This document shows positions 26,062 through 37,912 of a stretch of 64,000 nucleotides of DNA, piece after piece. Within the stretch, counting starts at the first letter, position 1, and each line of letters begins with the position of its first letter. This stretch comes from Octopus sinensis. Its lineage: Eukaryota. Under the pieces are notes generated by a model. The model saw nothing but the letters and a program-made list of their open reading frames with translations, had not been told where the DNA came from and searched no databases. Location: assembly GCF_006345805.1 (NCBI RefSeq), contig NC_042999.1, forward strand, positions 30,132,001 to 30,196,000, in the 5' to 3' direction. A program made the position numbers and the translations under genes.

Positions 26062-28030
26062 AACTTTATTTCAAAACATTTGCCATAAAGGCAGTACACC
26101 GATTAAGTTAGCTTTGCGGACTGGACGATGACATTAATGAAGTGAATGATAATGAAAGACAGATGATAAGGATGGGAGAAGACGACAAGCGCTTCTCTAA
26201 AACATTGTTCTTTTTAAAGATAAACACAAAACGAGGTATTAAACCTCTTTCAATTTTCCAATTTTTGGACTTAGCAGTCCATTATTAATACTAACAGTTC
26301 AATAATTACATATCATCCTCGAAATAGCTTGTGCCCGCACCCTCCACCATCATACACGCCTCCCTCAGAACGTAATCAAGTTCCGAGTTCGCGTCGCCCG
26401 GGACAAAGCTATAATCTTCATTGAGCTCCTTTAGCCCAAGCATCACGTCGAACGCCACGGCCTCCACAGCTATCTGCGGAGGCCATTCGGGGTCCTGTGT
26501 GAAGGCTAAAGGAGCTCCCTTGTGGTACTCTTCCATCATTTTTTTCAATTTCTCCTCCTCTATAGAAGAGGACCAATATGTTCAGTTCTTTCGTTGGCGG
26601 CACAGTTCCCGCCAACGTCTGCGGCTCATGGATATAAGCCGCCCGACCTTTCTTTTTCCCCTCCTTCTTTTGGGGGACACTGCTGACCCAGGGGACTCCG
26701 TCACCAGACACGGGGGATCGCTATCCCCCTCCGCCACCTGAGCGTTCTTTGGCGAGCAGCCATTGTTGCTCGCCTGTCTCTTTCTTTTCGTGGAGGCAAC
26801 CTCCTCCACGACTTCCACCGTCTCCCCCTCAAATGAGGGGGCGGCGGGCGCCTTTTCCCCTTCATGCTCCGGGGCACCACCACGGCCCCCGGGACAATTC
26901 CTCTTGATATGTCCGGGCTTCAGGCACAGGTGACACTTGGGGGGGGGCGTCCCTCGAGTATCACCGGGTACCTGCGCCCAGCCATTCTCAGGAAGTCCGG
27001 GAATTTCATTTCTCCCACGGCCACCGGTGTCCACAGGGTCAAAGTTGCCTTTGACCCCTCCCAGGCGACTGCGGGAGCCATTTTCACACTCAGTAGCCTG
27101 GGTCCGCTATACCCCAGGCCTCGCCGGATGGTCTTCTCGATCCATTCCGCCTCCGTGCCCGGGGGCAGCCCACAAACCCAGGCTCTTTTTAATTTTCTGC
27201 CACAATACGAGGGGAGGAACAACATTTCCTCTCCCTCCAGTGGCTCGCTAGCAAATCTGCTAGCTTCCTCGGGAGTACCAAACAGCAACCACACCGTTGC
27301 AAATTTACTCTCCCGAGAAATAAACTTTATCGTTGGTAGGTGGTCCCCCAACTCTTTCTCTATGGTGCTCCTGTCGAAGAGGGCGATAGCTCCACGCGAC
27401 CTAGAATAGGTTCGTAGGACAACCGTCCTCTTCTCAAGACTTTCAATCCACTGCTTGGGTGGGACAACATCCCATTCCAAAGCAGTGGTTTCTTTTGTTG
27501 CCATGATTTTGAAAAAAAGTTCAACTAAGAGTTCAAAGTCCAATAAGAAAAAAACACAATGACAGAACAGAAAGACAGAACAGAGAAAAGGACGAAGGAA
27601 GACAGTTCAAATAATGGCAACACAGTTCTGCAACTGGTAATCCTCACGAAACAGGGTACTCCTAGTTGCAGCACACTTGGTTCTCCGTGGTAAATCCAAG
27701 CACAATTGGTTCTCTGTGGTAAATCCAAGCGAACAAATTAATTTTTGAGGAGGGGCTATGCCTCTTCAAAATACACAATTCTCACTAAAAGGTGAGACAC
27801 AAAATACGCCAACAGGCAGAACAAATACATCCGAAGCAAAGTGAAGCTTATTACGCGCAGAAAAGTGTTAACACTAATTAACATTAATGCCAAAAATGTA
27901 TTAACGGCAAGCAATAAACCTCACTATGCTTCCAAAAATATCCAAAATGTCCTACCTGTTGCCGTAAAATGTTCAATAATTCACGTTAACACGTGACATT
28001 TGCCGGAGCAAAAAACAGCACGTCTGTCTG
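26062..28030 (-). mobile_element. ORF1-only (HAL1-like) Tx1-related element of ~1.97 kb
   Basis: Interrupts a SINE head; flanked by gtaagcaagc (26052-26061) and gtaagaagc (28031-28039). Single gag-like coding region, no RT or endonuclease sequence, sense 3' end aataaagtt. Confidence 0.7.
26306..27543 (-). pseudogene. Gag-like ORF1: RRM-like region plus CX2CX4HX4C zinc knuckle, with a frameshift at a C9 run and a later in-frame TGA
   Basis: ORF 26920-27543 (..KRAWVCGLPPG..KFPDFLRMAGRRYPVILEGRPP) continues after the homopolymer 26939-26947 as KCHLCLKPGHIKRNCP. ORFs 26582-27034 and 26306-26548 are in one frame separated by TGA. Confidence 0.8.
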
Positions 28031-28066
28031 GTAAGAAGCTACTTACCACACAGCCACTCCTGCGCC
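28031..28066 (-). mobile_element. Displaced 5' end of the SINE at 25570-26061
   Basis: Reverse complement reads ggcgcaggagtggctgtgtggtaagtagcttcttac, matching the head of the 50940 copy. Confidence 0.85.
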
Positions 28067-29183
28067 ATATATATATAATATATAATATAATATAATACCA
28101 TATATATATGAATGTATTCTCACGCACACACATACGTATATACATATATATATATATACAAACACATTTCCACATACAACACATTTCCACGTGCATGTAT
28201 GAGTGTTTGTGGGTGGGTGATTTCCAGAAACGTGAATTTTGATCGCTGTGGATTGTGTCTGCAAATGAAGTAGTAAAGCTACAGATGAAACACCTTCAAC
28301 AACTGTCGTAATGTACATTCACCCACTGATGAATGTTTAGAGTGTTGCCAATATTAAATGTTGGAAACAATTAATGCTTTAATTGTTGATAGCACACAAC
28401 CTAAAAAATTGCTGAAATGATTTTATCAGCAACATCTGATTATCATTGACGAAAAAGGTAATTGAATTGCCGGTGTGTTAATAATATAGCTGTTATTGCT
28501 TGCGAATTTCACGTCATCTTAAAACACCATTACGTTACCATCCTGTACTAATTTGTCTTGCATTGATATACGCATATATTCAGTTTAATTCTTGGAATCC
28601 TAGTGCATATTAAGGCGGTATTTAATGGGCGCTTCGAATGCAAAACATACCGTTGAAATCTGCTTCGAATCGTACTGATGTCTTCTTGTTTGGGGCAAAC
28701 GATGCAGTAGTTAATGCAATCTTACGACTACTAAAGTTTTTCAGCTATGTGTTTGGCAAATTTTAAATGTCTCATTCCCTCAGCCTGTTATGAATTATAA
28801 TGAGTTTGTTCCCAAAGTCATTTATTGAAGTCGGAATCAAATTAAACCCCACCAGTTACCAATGTTTAAGTTTAGCTTCATGTTACTTTGTATGATTTTA
28901 AACTGCAATTACGACACATGGGACCCTTCGGGCATTGAGGATTGTATTTTCCTTGAAATTCTGCTATAATTCCCCAACAATTATATCAAATAGTGTCCTT
29001 GATACACCTAAAAATCTCTATAAAATGTTGAACATAGAATAGGCGCTGGGGTGGCTGTGTGTTAAGAAGCTTGCTTCTCACCCACATGGTTCCGGGTTCA
29101 GTCCCACTGCGTAGCACCTTGGCCAAGCAAAGCATTGGAATTGGATTTGTTATACGGAAACTGAAGTAAACTCGTAGTATAAA

Positions 29184-29412
29184 TACAAGGTTGGCCAAAA
29201 GTCAAATGACAGTAAGTCAAAACTATTTACTTCCAAGATTTAATTTTTATCAACGGAATAGATTTAATAGAGGCATCTAAATTTGAGACATCATGAAAAT
29301 TGTTCAAACTGGAGTTCTTCTTGATCGACACATTTTTCCATTCGAGATATTACAAAATTACAGATAGTATTTATGGAATGCTGATTTACTGTCTGACGAC
29401 TATTAGCGTATA
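29184..29412. mobile_element. Possible Tc1/mariner-type MITE nested in the SINE
   Basis: Left end ta-caaggttggccaaaagtcaaatgacagtaag; the right end only partly matches (gatttactgtc). Confidence 0.35.
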
Positions 29413-29553
29413 TATGTGTGTATAAATACATACATATATATATATGTATATATATAACGGGAAGCTTTATGAAAATAAACAAAAGACGAAGGCAGGTGGA
29501 ATACAAACAAACAATTGTATTAGTATGGCGCTCAGGAATATAAATAAAACAAG

Positions 29554-29591
29554 TCTTTTACGTTTCGAGCCTACGCTCTTCAACAGAAAGA
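29554..29591 (-). ncRNA. Atypical minimal hammerhead-like motif
   Basis: tcttt-CTGTTGA-A-GAGC(gtag)GCTC-GAAAC-GTA-aaaga: perfect 5-bp stem I and 4-bp stem II, A6 to U, extra A after A9, stem III possible only as a dimer. Confidence 0.5.
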
Positions 29592-29665
29592 TACACAGAA
29601 AAGAAACACGGAGAGAAACAAGGAGAGAAAAAAATGCGTGCAGAAGCTAGCGAATCAACATGGCA

Positions 29666-29738
<73 letters not shown>

Positions 29739-32020
29739 GTGTGTGTGTGTGTGCGTATGTATTTATATAGATATTCGTGTGTGCGAGTGAGTGTGTGTTT
29801 GTGGGTCTTTCACCCCCGCCATCGCTTGACAAGTATTTTGGTGTGTTTACAACCTCGCAACTTAGCGATTCGTCGAAAGAGGCGGATAAATTTAGTAATC
29901 GGCTTACAAGGAATAAGTGCTGCGATTCAGCATAGCCACAGTAAATGAATGAAGCAAGTAAAGGAATAACAGAAAATATCTATAGATTTTCAGACGGTAA
30001 ACAAAAATGCATCATGACTTTTGAAACAGTATATATTCGTAATTTCCTACACCTTTTTTTTTATCTTGCGCATGACGTTTGAATTCACCTAGCTACACAA
30101 TTTTGTAAATTAGGTTCTTAGTGCCGGGATATATATTGTGAGTTTGATGTCTTTCAGTTTTATTAATAAAACATTCCTCATTTAGGAATTTCTTATGGGG
30201 TGTACAACGCTTTTGCTAAAAGTTTGGTAACCCAGGAAACACTACCTAATACAAGTAATCAACAGTGTAAGTATTAGTTTGAGTGTAGTCTTGCGTATTA
30301 TCTTGCCTTCTGTACACGCTTCAAAATGTCTTCTTGTAATTTTGTAATATTTCTGGATATATCGGTAAATATTATAGTTTGTTCTAGCCGTTTATTTACT
30401 TGAGTCGAATATTTGTTTTCTATGAATTGTCTGATATATTCACTATTAGCACACTATTTATTTTGCTAATGGAAATTAAACCAGAATCCTAAACCCACAA
30501 GGCATCATATTCAATGTTCTGCCAATTTGCACACGAGGCCGGTAACTCCACACTAAATTTAAATATAACTATAATACACATCAGAACCACGTTTCGACTA
30601 GTTTTAGTGCTAATCTTCGTCAAATATTTTATTCTTTGAATTGATATACTTCCCATCATTACATGAACTGAAATTCTTTCTTTCAAAATCAATTATAACA
30701 ACGTTAACATCATCCAGACCAACGATGCATATGCAAATTAATGATAATATAATATGACTAGAAAGTATCTAAAAAGAAAACAAAAGTTACTTATTTTGCT
30801 CTTTATCATTTAAAACAAATTTTACAGCTAAATATATTTTCTTTTTGTTTTTTCTCTGTTTCTTGTTTTAGACATTTTCGCTTAGGTGTTATTTATATTT
30901 GTTATAGTTACCAGGCCGTTATGTGTATATGTGTATCTCTATGCACACATAAAGTTTTATGATATTATCATTTGTTTAACGTTTCTCAAGCAAAAACATT
31001 AATCAAATATATTTGTATTTATTTCATAATTTGATTCTCAATTGTCTGATAACAGCTGACTGGGTTTAGGTATCTTATTTACGGCAAAACTAATGAACTG
31101 CATCAAAGGTGAATATAGACGTCAGGTTATTGATAATGCATTGTACCAAGCTGACGCCGATATAATAACCAATGTAATTAATTGTAATTCATAGTAAATA
31201 ACTTTAAATGACCTCCCAAATTTAAATTAACTCAAGGGAATATTCGAAATGACACATTTTTACTACTCTGTTTGCTTTTATATGTACTTCCCTCAAATTA
31301 TTGTTTGGTACACGTCTCGTTGAATTGGTGATTTATAACCCTAATGGTACAAAATGAGAAAAAAAAAAGCAAATATGTATGTAAATATCACCATTTCATA
31401 GAAATATTTCGTCAGCGATTGAACATCCATTTGTATCTAAGAGCAGCAAAAAGATGAATGTTACGTTCACGAACAAATTTGTGCAAAATATAAGTCTATG
31501 CAGGAAACAACAAAACGCTGAAAGCAGATTGAACTTCTGAAGGATTCTTTTCACGTCCTGAAAAGTAAAAAAATACAAGCAAATTCTTAAATATATATTC
31601 ACAAGTACGTGTATATCTATCCCCTCTAGAATTTTTACTCACACTTTCTTTACCTTTCATATTGCATTGTTCTCTTTCACTCCCCCCCACTTCTCCCTTT
31701 TCTCTCTCTATCCCCGTAACAATATCTTCATTTTCCCTTTCTCTCTCTTTCTCCCTGTCTCGATCTCATCTTTCTCACTTCCCACCTCTCTCTCTCTCTC
31801 TGCCACAGAATTTCTTCATATGGATGCGCGTTTAAGTTTGTACATTGGCTTCCGTTTATTCATACGCTAGGAACAGTTAATGTCATCTATATATAAAGGC
31901 ATGCACCCGACTCTCACCACAGGCACACACATACACAAAAACAATCGCGCATATATGTGTCTGTATGCATATACATAAATATGTATATGCTTACAAACAC
32001 CATCATATATATATATATGC

Positions 32021-32073
<53 letters not shown>

Positions 32074-32250
32074 TGCAAAAATGTCTCTGTGTTTCTGCAT
32101 TTATTTGTGTATATATGTTGAATTATCAAGCATAGCGTATGGTTATTTCAGTAGGTCTTGTAGGGAAGGAAGAACGTTTCATAAAATCTGTCAGGGAGGA
32201 CGAAAAAAATTGAATTAAACCGTCTATTACTAACATTATATGTAGTATGT

Positions 32251-32545
32251 GGAGGCGCAATGGCCTAGTGGTTAGGGCAGCGGATTCTCGGTCGCAGGAT
32301 CGCGGTTTCGATTCCCAGACCGGGCGTTGTGAGTGTTTATTGAGCGAAAACACCCAAAAGCTCCACGAGGCTCCGGCAGGGGGTGGTGATCCCTGCTGTA
32401 CTCTTTCACCACTCTTTCTTCTGTTGGCCTGCTCGCTTAGCCAGCGGGGTGGCGTCATTCGAAGGCTAAAAACAATGCGAACGCATTGTGACCAGCGATA
32501 TGTAACAAATCTGATGGTCTGGTCGGTCACGTGATCACGTGACGT
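32251..32545 (+). mobile_element. tRNA-derived SINE (family C) with (CACGTGA)n-like tail
   Basis: A-box-like tggcctagtggtt, B-box-like ggtttcgattccc, GC-rich body, tail ggtcacgtgatcacgtgacgtga. Confidence 0.75.
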
Positions 32546-32844
32546 GATATATAATATGAGGATTTGACAGATATGTGCCAACAATATATCTTCAATAGCA
32601 ACGTCCACAGATTTCGGTCCCTTTATTTTGAGTGTGTATGGCAATTTTCCTCACATTCTCTCTGAACAAATATGTGTACATATTTACATACATTTTATTT
32701 TCTCTCATTGTTTCTTCTTGTGTTCCCTTCTGTGGAAGAGCATAGGTTGGAAACGTTACTTTTCACTTCCCGAGCGTTAAAGTAATACATCTGTATGTGG
32801 TCTACACCATCTGTCTTCGTCTTTTATTTCTTTTTTGTGAATTC

Positions 32845-32865
32845 TCTCTCACTCTCTCTCTCTCT

Positions 32866-32943
<78 letters not shown>

Positions 32944-32970
32944 ATGTGTGTGCGTGTGTGTGTATATATA
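32845..32970. repeat. (TC)n(CA)(TA)n(TG)n compound microsatellite
   Basis: Direct reading. Confidence 0.95.
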
Positions 32971-33590
32971 TGGAGAGACAGACAGACACACAGACGAACA
33001 GATACACAGACAAAGGGAGATAATAAACGTTCCTTTTAAAGTTGAATGCCAAGTGAAATGCTCATCATGAAGGCAACAGTATGGAATAAATCTCAGCAAC
33101 GGGTGCCTAGATCAAATGGAGTGATTTACACCGACATTAGAATTCCTATATAGCGAACCATATACTCTGGACCTAACTTAAAATCCAAGTCTATACAATG
33201 CCGTTTGAGTCAGAAAGAACTGAATTCGGCAACAGTTTTGTCAGGTTCAGTTTATATCTCTTTAGAAAGAACATGTGATCGTTAGCTTGGTTGATAATCT
33301 CCAAACCTCCACATCTCCACGAAATCTTAAATATCATTAGTAAAGTTCAAACGTTTGCAAATCACCAGGCTCCAGCTTCCATTTTTCCACCAATATCATG
33401 GTCGTATGATTGCCTCACAAACATAGTGCCTGAAAAAACAAATCACTCTCGAAAATTAGGGAGGCATTTTCAACTTAGACTTTCATTTTATATTTACTTA
33501 GTGTTCTTTCTTAGCAACAGGACAACCATGATGAAATATACCCATTATAAAATAGACACTCGATGACCCGAACATCGGGATTACCTTTTC

Positions 33591-34020
33591 GGATCTTTTC
33601 GGTTTGAATGGGAGTTTTGTCTAGCGGTGTCATATGAAATTGTCACCCTTAATTATGCCCCTAGTATTGATTTGTTGCATTTCAATCTGTTTTATGGTTA
33701 GGGTTAGTTGTGGTTAGGAGTGGGGGGAAGGGTATCTTTTTTTTTCTTCACAAGTGTAAATAAACCCAATCAGTTTCTGAACGAGGGACATATTCATACG
33801 GCACAGAATGTTTTTTTTTACCTCACTACACGTCACTGATTGGTTGAAATTGCGGAAATTGAAGAAAAAAACAACAAATATCTTGCAAATTATAGAATTT
33901 TCTCAATAAAGCCAGGAGAAAAAGATTTTTTATAAACACATTCTACCAGTATACGAAGTTTAAACTTTTTTAGTTACCTAGAAATTATGTTAAAAACTGC
34001 AGTTCAAACCGAAATGATCC
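33591..34020. mobile_element. MITE-like element with ~28-bp imperfect TIRs
   Basis: Left ggatcttttcggtttgaatgggagtttt; right aaaaactgcagttcaaaccgaaatgatcc. Confidence 0.65.
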
Positions 34021-34253
34021 AACGTTTCCCCTTATTACACAGAAAATCCAAGGAATTTTGGGCCTGTAAAAGTAATTCTTGTGATTTGGGCTGAAGATGT
34101 CGATGTTCTCGTGATCAGACAACCAGACAAAATCCTCTTTTCTGGTCTCCTATTTCAGAGAATGTTATTCATAACTTTAGAATTTGTATGGCAATACTCT
34201 TACCTAGTAATAATTTGGCGGAGTCAGACTGGTATGGAAAAATACTTTACATA

Positions 34254-34430
34254 TATGAGGGGGTGCTAAAACTTCCGAAACCTTTCACTGGGTTTAGAAA
34301 TACTGAAGGATAACTGCGTTAAGTGTGTGAATCTGAGAGAGGAATATGTTGAAGAAAATTATAATTCACTGATCCACTTGTATTTTCTTTTATCTAAAGC
34401 CAGGAAAACTTCAGCCCCCCACCACTCGTA
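34254..34430 (+). mobile_element. Internally deleted mariner derivative
   Basis: ta-tgagggggtgct.. left end, ..ctcg-ta right end; internal KCVNLR.EYVE resembles a mariner C-terminus. Confidence 0.45.
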
Positions 34431-34912
34431 CATGTCATGAGAGGCGATTTTGATAGAAGCAAATCATATATCTCTGTATAGATAGATTGATATATTGGTC
34501 AATTATTTATAATTTTCCTATGTTCACATAAATGGTTTCGTGGCCAAACAAATCACATTCTACATAGGTACATTCCTGCGATCGAATTTCGTCCACAGCC
34601 GAATAATGTCATAGTTATCCGCAGATTAATTACGTATATATCAACTATTTTAATGTTTCAAGTAATTGTGTAGCATTTGCATACATAATTCACTGTTGGC
34701 AAATTCTTTCTTCTATAAATTATTATTTGGAGCGTGGCTTGTTCCAGTGATATAGGGACTCTTGAGTTTATCAATACGTTTCCTCCAACGTTGTATGTGA
34801 CAGGTTTATATGTACATATTTTTATAAAATGTTAGGATCTGCACTGATTTATTTGTTCATTGGTGTTTCATCAACAAATCATTATTATATTTAACTGTCA
34901 TTGAAGATACAG

Positions 34913-34914
<2 letters not shown>

Positions 34915-34977
<63 letters not shown>
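34915..34977. repeat. (TC)n microsatellite
   Basis: Direct reading. Confidence 0.97.
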
Positions 34978-34982
<5 letters not shown>

Positions 34983-37380
34983 GAATTCAGTTACATTCAC
35001 AAACGATTGTAAGTGATTTTATTGCGTTCTTTTTTCAAAATCACAGGTTAGTGAATATTTTGTTCAATCCTTGTAGAGAATATTCGGCTGTTAATGAATC
35101 TTCGAGCTTAACTGTAGCTGATCTGGTTGAATATTTTTCTTGCATTAAATACAAACAGAAGATTTTACATTTATCCTTTACATAACAAACTGGTTAGCAA
35201 TTTATACATTTTGTAGGACATGAACCCATTGATATAGGAGCATAATCAATATTTTAAGAAACTTTCTGGCAAGTATTCCGTGTCTGAACATCAATCTGAA
35301 TTATTTATTTTTCTTAGTAATAAGTTTATATGCTCTATCTTACTAATTTCAATTCGGTTGCTGGTGAAATACCAACTTAGAAGTTAAATTCCGTAGAGGA
35401 ATTACTCTTTTTGCATGGAATCAAAAACACTGCATTCGTAGAAACATTGTTTAACCTCTCACTTACATATTTTGGTAAAGAACATTGATAGATTTCGCCT
35501 CCAGTACAGTGTTTCACTGAATGAAAGCAGTATTAAGGGACTAACAATTAATCTATCATAGACTGCTACAAAATTTTCACGGATTCAGTGATGTAAATAG
35601 GGTGCGCCATTGGGAAAGATCTGAAATTTTAATAAAGAAACCAGAAACTGATTTGAAAGATATGTAAAGTAAATTACCACAAACACGAGTAATGCAACAC
35701 GTATAAGAAATAACTTATCTCTTGTTTAAGATAAGGACGAGGAAGATGTTTAGGTGTATTTTAGTATAGAATCATGCTAAAGCTTAAACACTAGAGTTAA
35801 AATCATACCAGTAGATAAATATTAATCAGATATTTCCTAATTACATAACACAATATACGAAATGCGTTAAGGTAAATTTGACCCAGTTCAGAGCAAACTA
35901 TGTTCAGTGAAAGACCTTCCATTTTTTTCGATGATATATAATTCCACAGACCGTAAGAATTTTCTTTCCATAACGGAGACGACAGGCAGCGTTTCAAGAG
36001 AATTAGTTCGGGTTTTCTTGTAGTGCATCCTTGTAGAATCTCGACGTTTGCCTATAGTATATTAGAGAGCATGCGGAATCTAGAAATCTTGTGGGCATGT
36101 ATAGCAGATGAGGAAAAACATATATATATATATAAGTATAAGTATAATGTCTACAGTTATTAAGGTTAATATAAAATTATAATTAAAGGGAACGAGCTGG
36201 CGGAAACCTTACTACCAAGGGCAATGTTCTTCGATACTTTTCGGTCGTCTTTAGGATCTGAGTTTAAATTCCGTATATCATCATTATAAATTTAGCGCCA
36301 TTTGAGCACTGGGTTCGATATAAACATCTTTCCACCTTCCTACAAATTTCAGGCCTTATGCCTATAGAAGAAATAATATGTAGGTATGTCACCGTTATTT
36401 TGTTCTTTTTCTGTTGTCACCTGTCGTAATAATCTGAAGAATTATCAGGCATCGTTTATAGTTGTAACGATGTAGGCACTGCCGTATTGAGTGGCACTGC
36501 CCAACTATCGAAACCATAGTCATATTAATTTGGGCCGCTTATGATGATAATAGACATACTTTGTGCCCAATTTAGAATCTCTTATATTGTAGTCACCTTA
36601 ATGTGGGACTCCCTTCTCCTTGTAAATTGGTATTGGTGGCTTTTATTGAAAGCAAATTTTATTAAGCCTAGGCAATGCTTATATATTTCTGCCTAGTTTT
36701 TGGAGGTTAAGACATATGTGTGTGTGTGTGTGGTGTGTGTGTGTGTGTGTGTATAAGTCAATACTCTTCCCAACGTGTTTGTTAGAAATAATTGATTTGA
36801 CACATGTGCACAGAAAACAGAAACAAGTGCAGCGAGGCATGCACTTTAGCTGGTACGATGTATTGTAATATCTAGTTTAAGAATTACCCATAAGAATTCT
36901 GAATACATATTTTACTGTCAGTGCTTAATTTACAAAAGAATTACAAGGTAACCAAACATGTGCATTTGATAATATAAATATAGTGTAGTCATAAAAATAT
37001 AAATAGACTAAAAGCCGCAGACTAAAATGATGCCAATTGGGAAGCAGAAGGTGTCCATGTTAACACATATCACATCTAATAAAATGAGGTTGTGTATGTC
37101 CTAAATTATTTGAATTGCAGTATTTGTGATAAGTAATGGAAGTATATTAGTTTGCTCAGAAACAAGTGCACTACTTATTAGAGTTGGAGACTATTGATTA
37201 GAAGAGTTCGCGAAAGTTTCAATAAATGAACAGCTAGGTATAGTTAAGAATAATGAAACTCGTTCTGAAACGTTTTCTTTGTTTACTCCGCAATCGTATA
37301 GTTTTTTGTTATTCGAAACCGTTACAGTGAACATGAAACAACGTGGCCTTACCACATGCAATATGAACGCGATTGACAAA

Positions 37381-37393
37381 AGAAGAAATAAAA

Positions 37394-37425
<32 letters not shown>

Positions 37426-37648
37426 AGAAGAGGAAGAAGAAGAAGAGGAGGAAGAAGAAGAAGAGGAAGAAAAAGAAGAAGAGGAAGAAAAAGAAGAAGA
37501 GGAAGAAAAAGAAGAAGAAGAAGAAGAAGAAGAAAAAGAAAAAGAAGAAGAAGAAGAAGAAGAGGATGAAGAAGAAGAAGAAGAAGAAGAAGAAAAAGAA
37601 AAAGAAGAAGAAGAAGAAGAAGAAGAAGAGGAGGAAGAAGAAGAAGAA
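37381..37648. repeat. (GAA)n purine tract
   Basis: Direct reading. It explains the poly-E/R/K/F/L ORFs here. Confidence 0.97.
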
Positions 37649-37682
37649 GTGCAAATTTATGCTCTACTGTCCTTGTAAAACC

Positions 37683-37912
37683 TATTTGTTTACTACCCAC
37701 AAGGAACTAAACACAGAGGGGACAATCAAGGACAGACAAACGGATTAAGTCGATTACTTAGACCCCAGTGCGTTACTGGTACTTCATTTATCGACCCCGA
37801 AAGGATGAAAGGCAAAGTCGACCTAAGCGGAATTTGAACTCAGATCGTAACGGCAGACGAAATACGGCTACGCATTTCACCCGGCGTGCTAAGATTTCTG
37901 CCAGCTCGCCAC
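37683..37912 (-). mobile_element. tRNA-derived SINE (family B), best-preserved copy
   Basis: Sense ggcgagctggcagaaatcttagcac..gagttcaaattcc (B box)..ggtcgactttgcctttcatcctttcggggtcgataaatgaagtaccag. Confidence 0.75.

Larger units (their letters stand above)
29041..29970 (+). mobile_element. SINE family A with nested insertions (head 29041-29180, body ~29780-29970)
   Basis: Head ggcgctggggtggctgtgtg..ggttcagtcccactgcg; body catcgcttgacaa..acttagcgattcg..ggcttacaaggaataag. Confidence 0.65.

Noticed and set aside
31396-31570. Minus-strand polypyrimidine tract plus AG suggesting a host exon
   Set aside because: No convincing open frame with donor site or recognisable protein.
32251-32325. Genuine tRNA genes at the tRNA-like heads (also 39130-39203, 50940-51010, 63608-63681)
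   Set aside because: Cloverleaf pairing is broken and each head runs into a SINE body or repeat tail.
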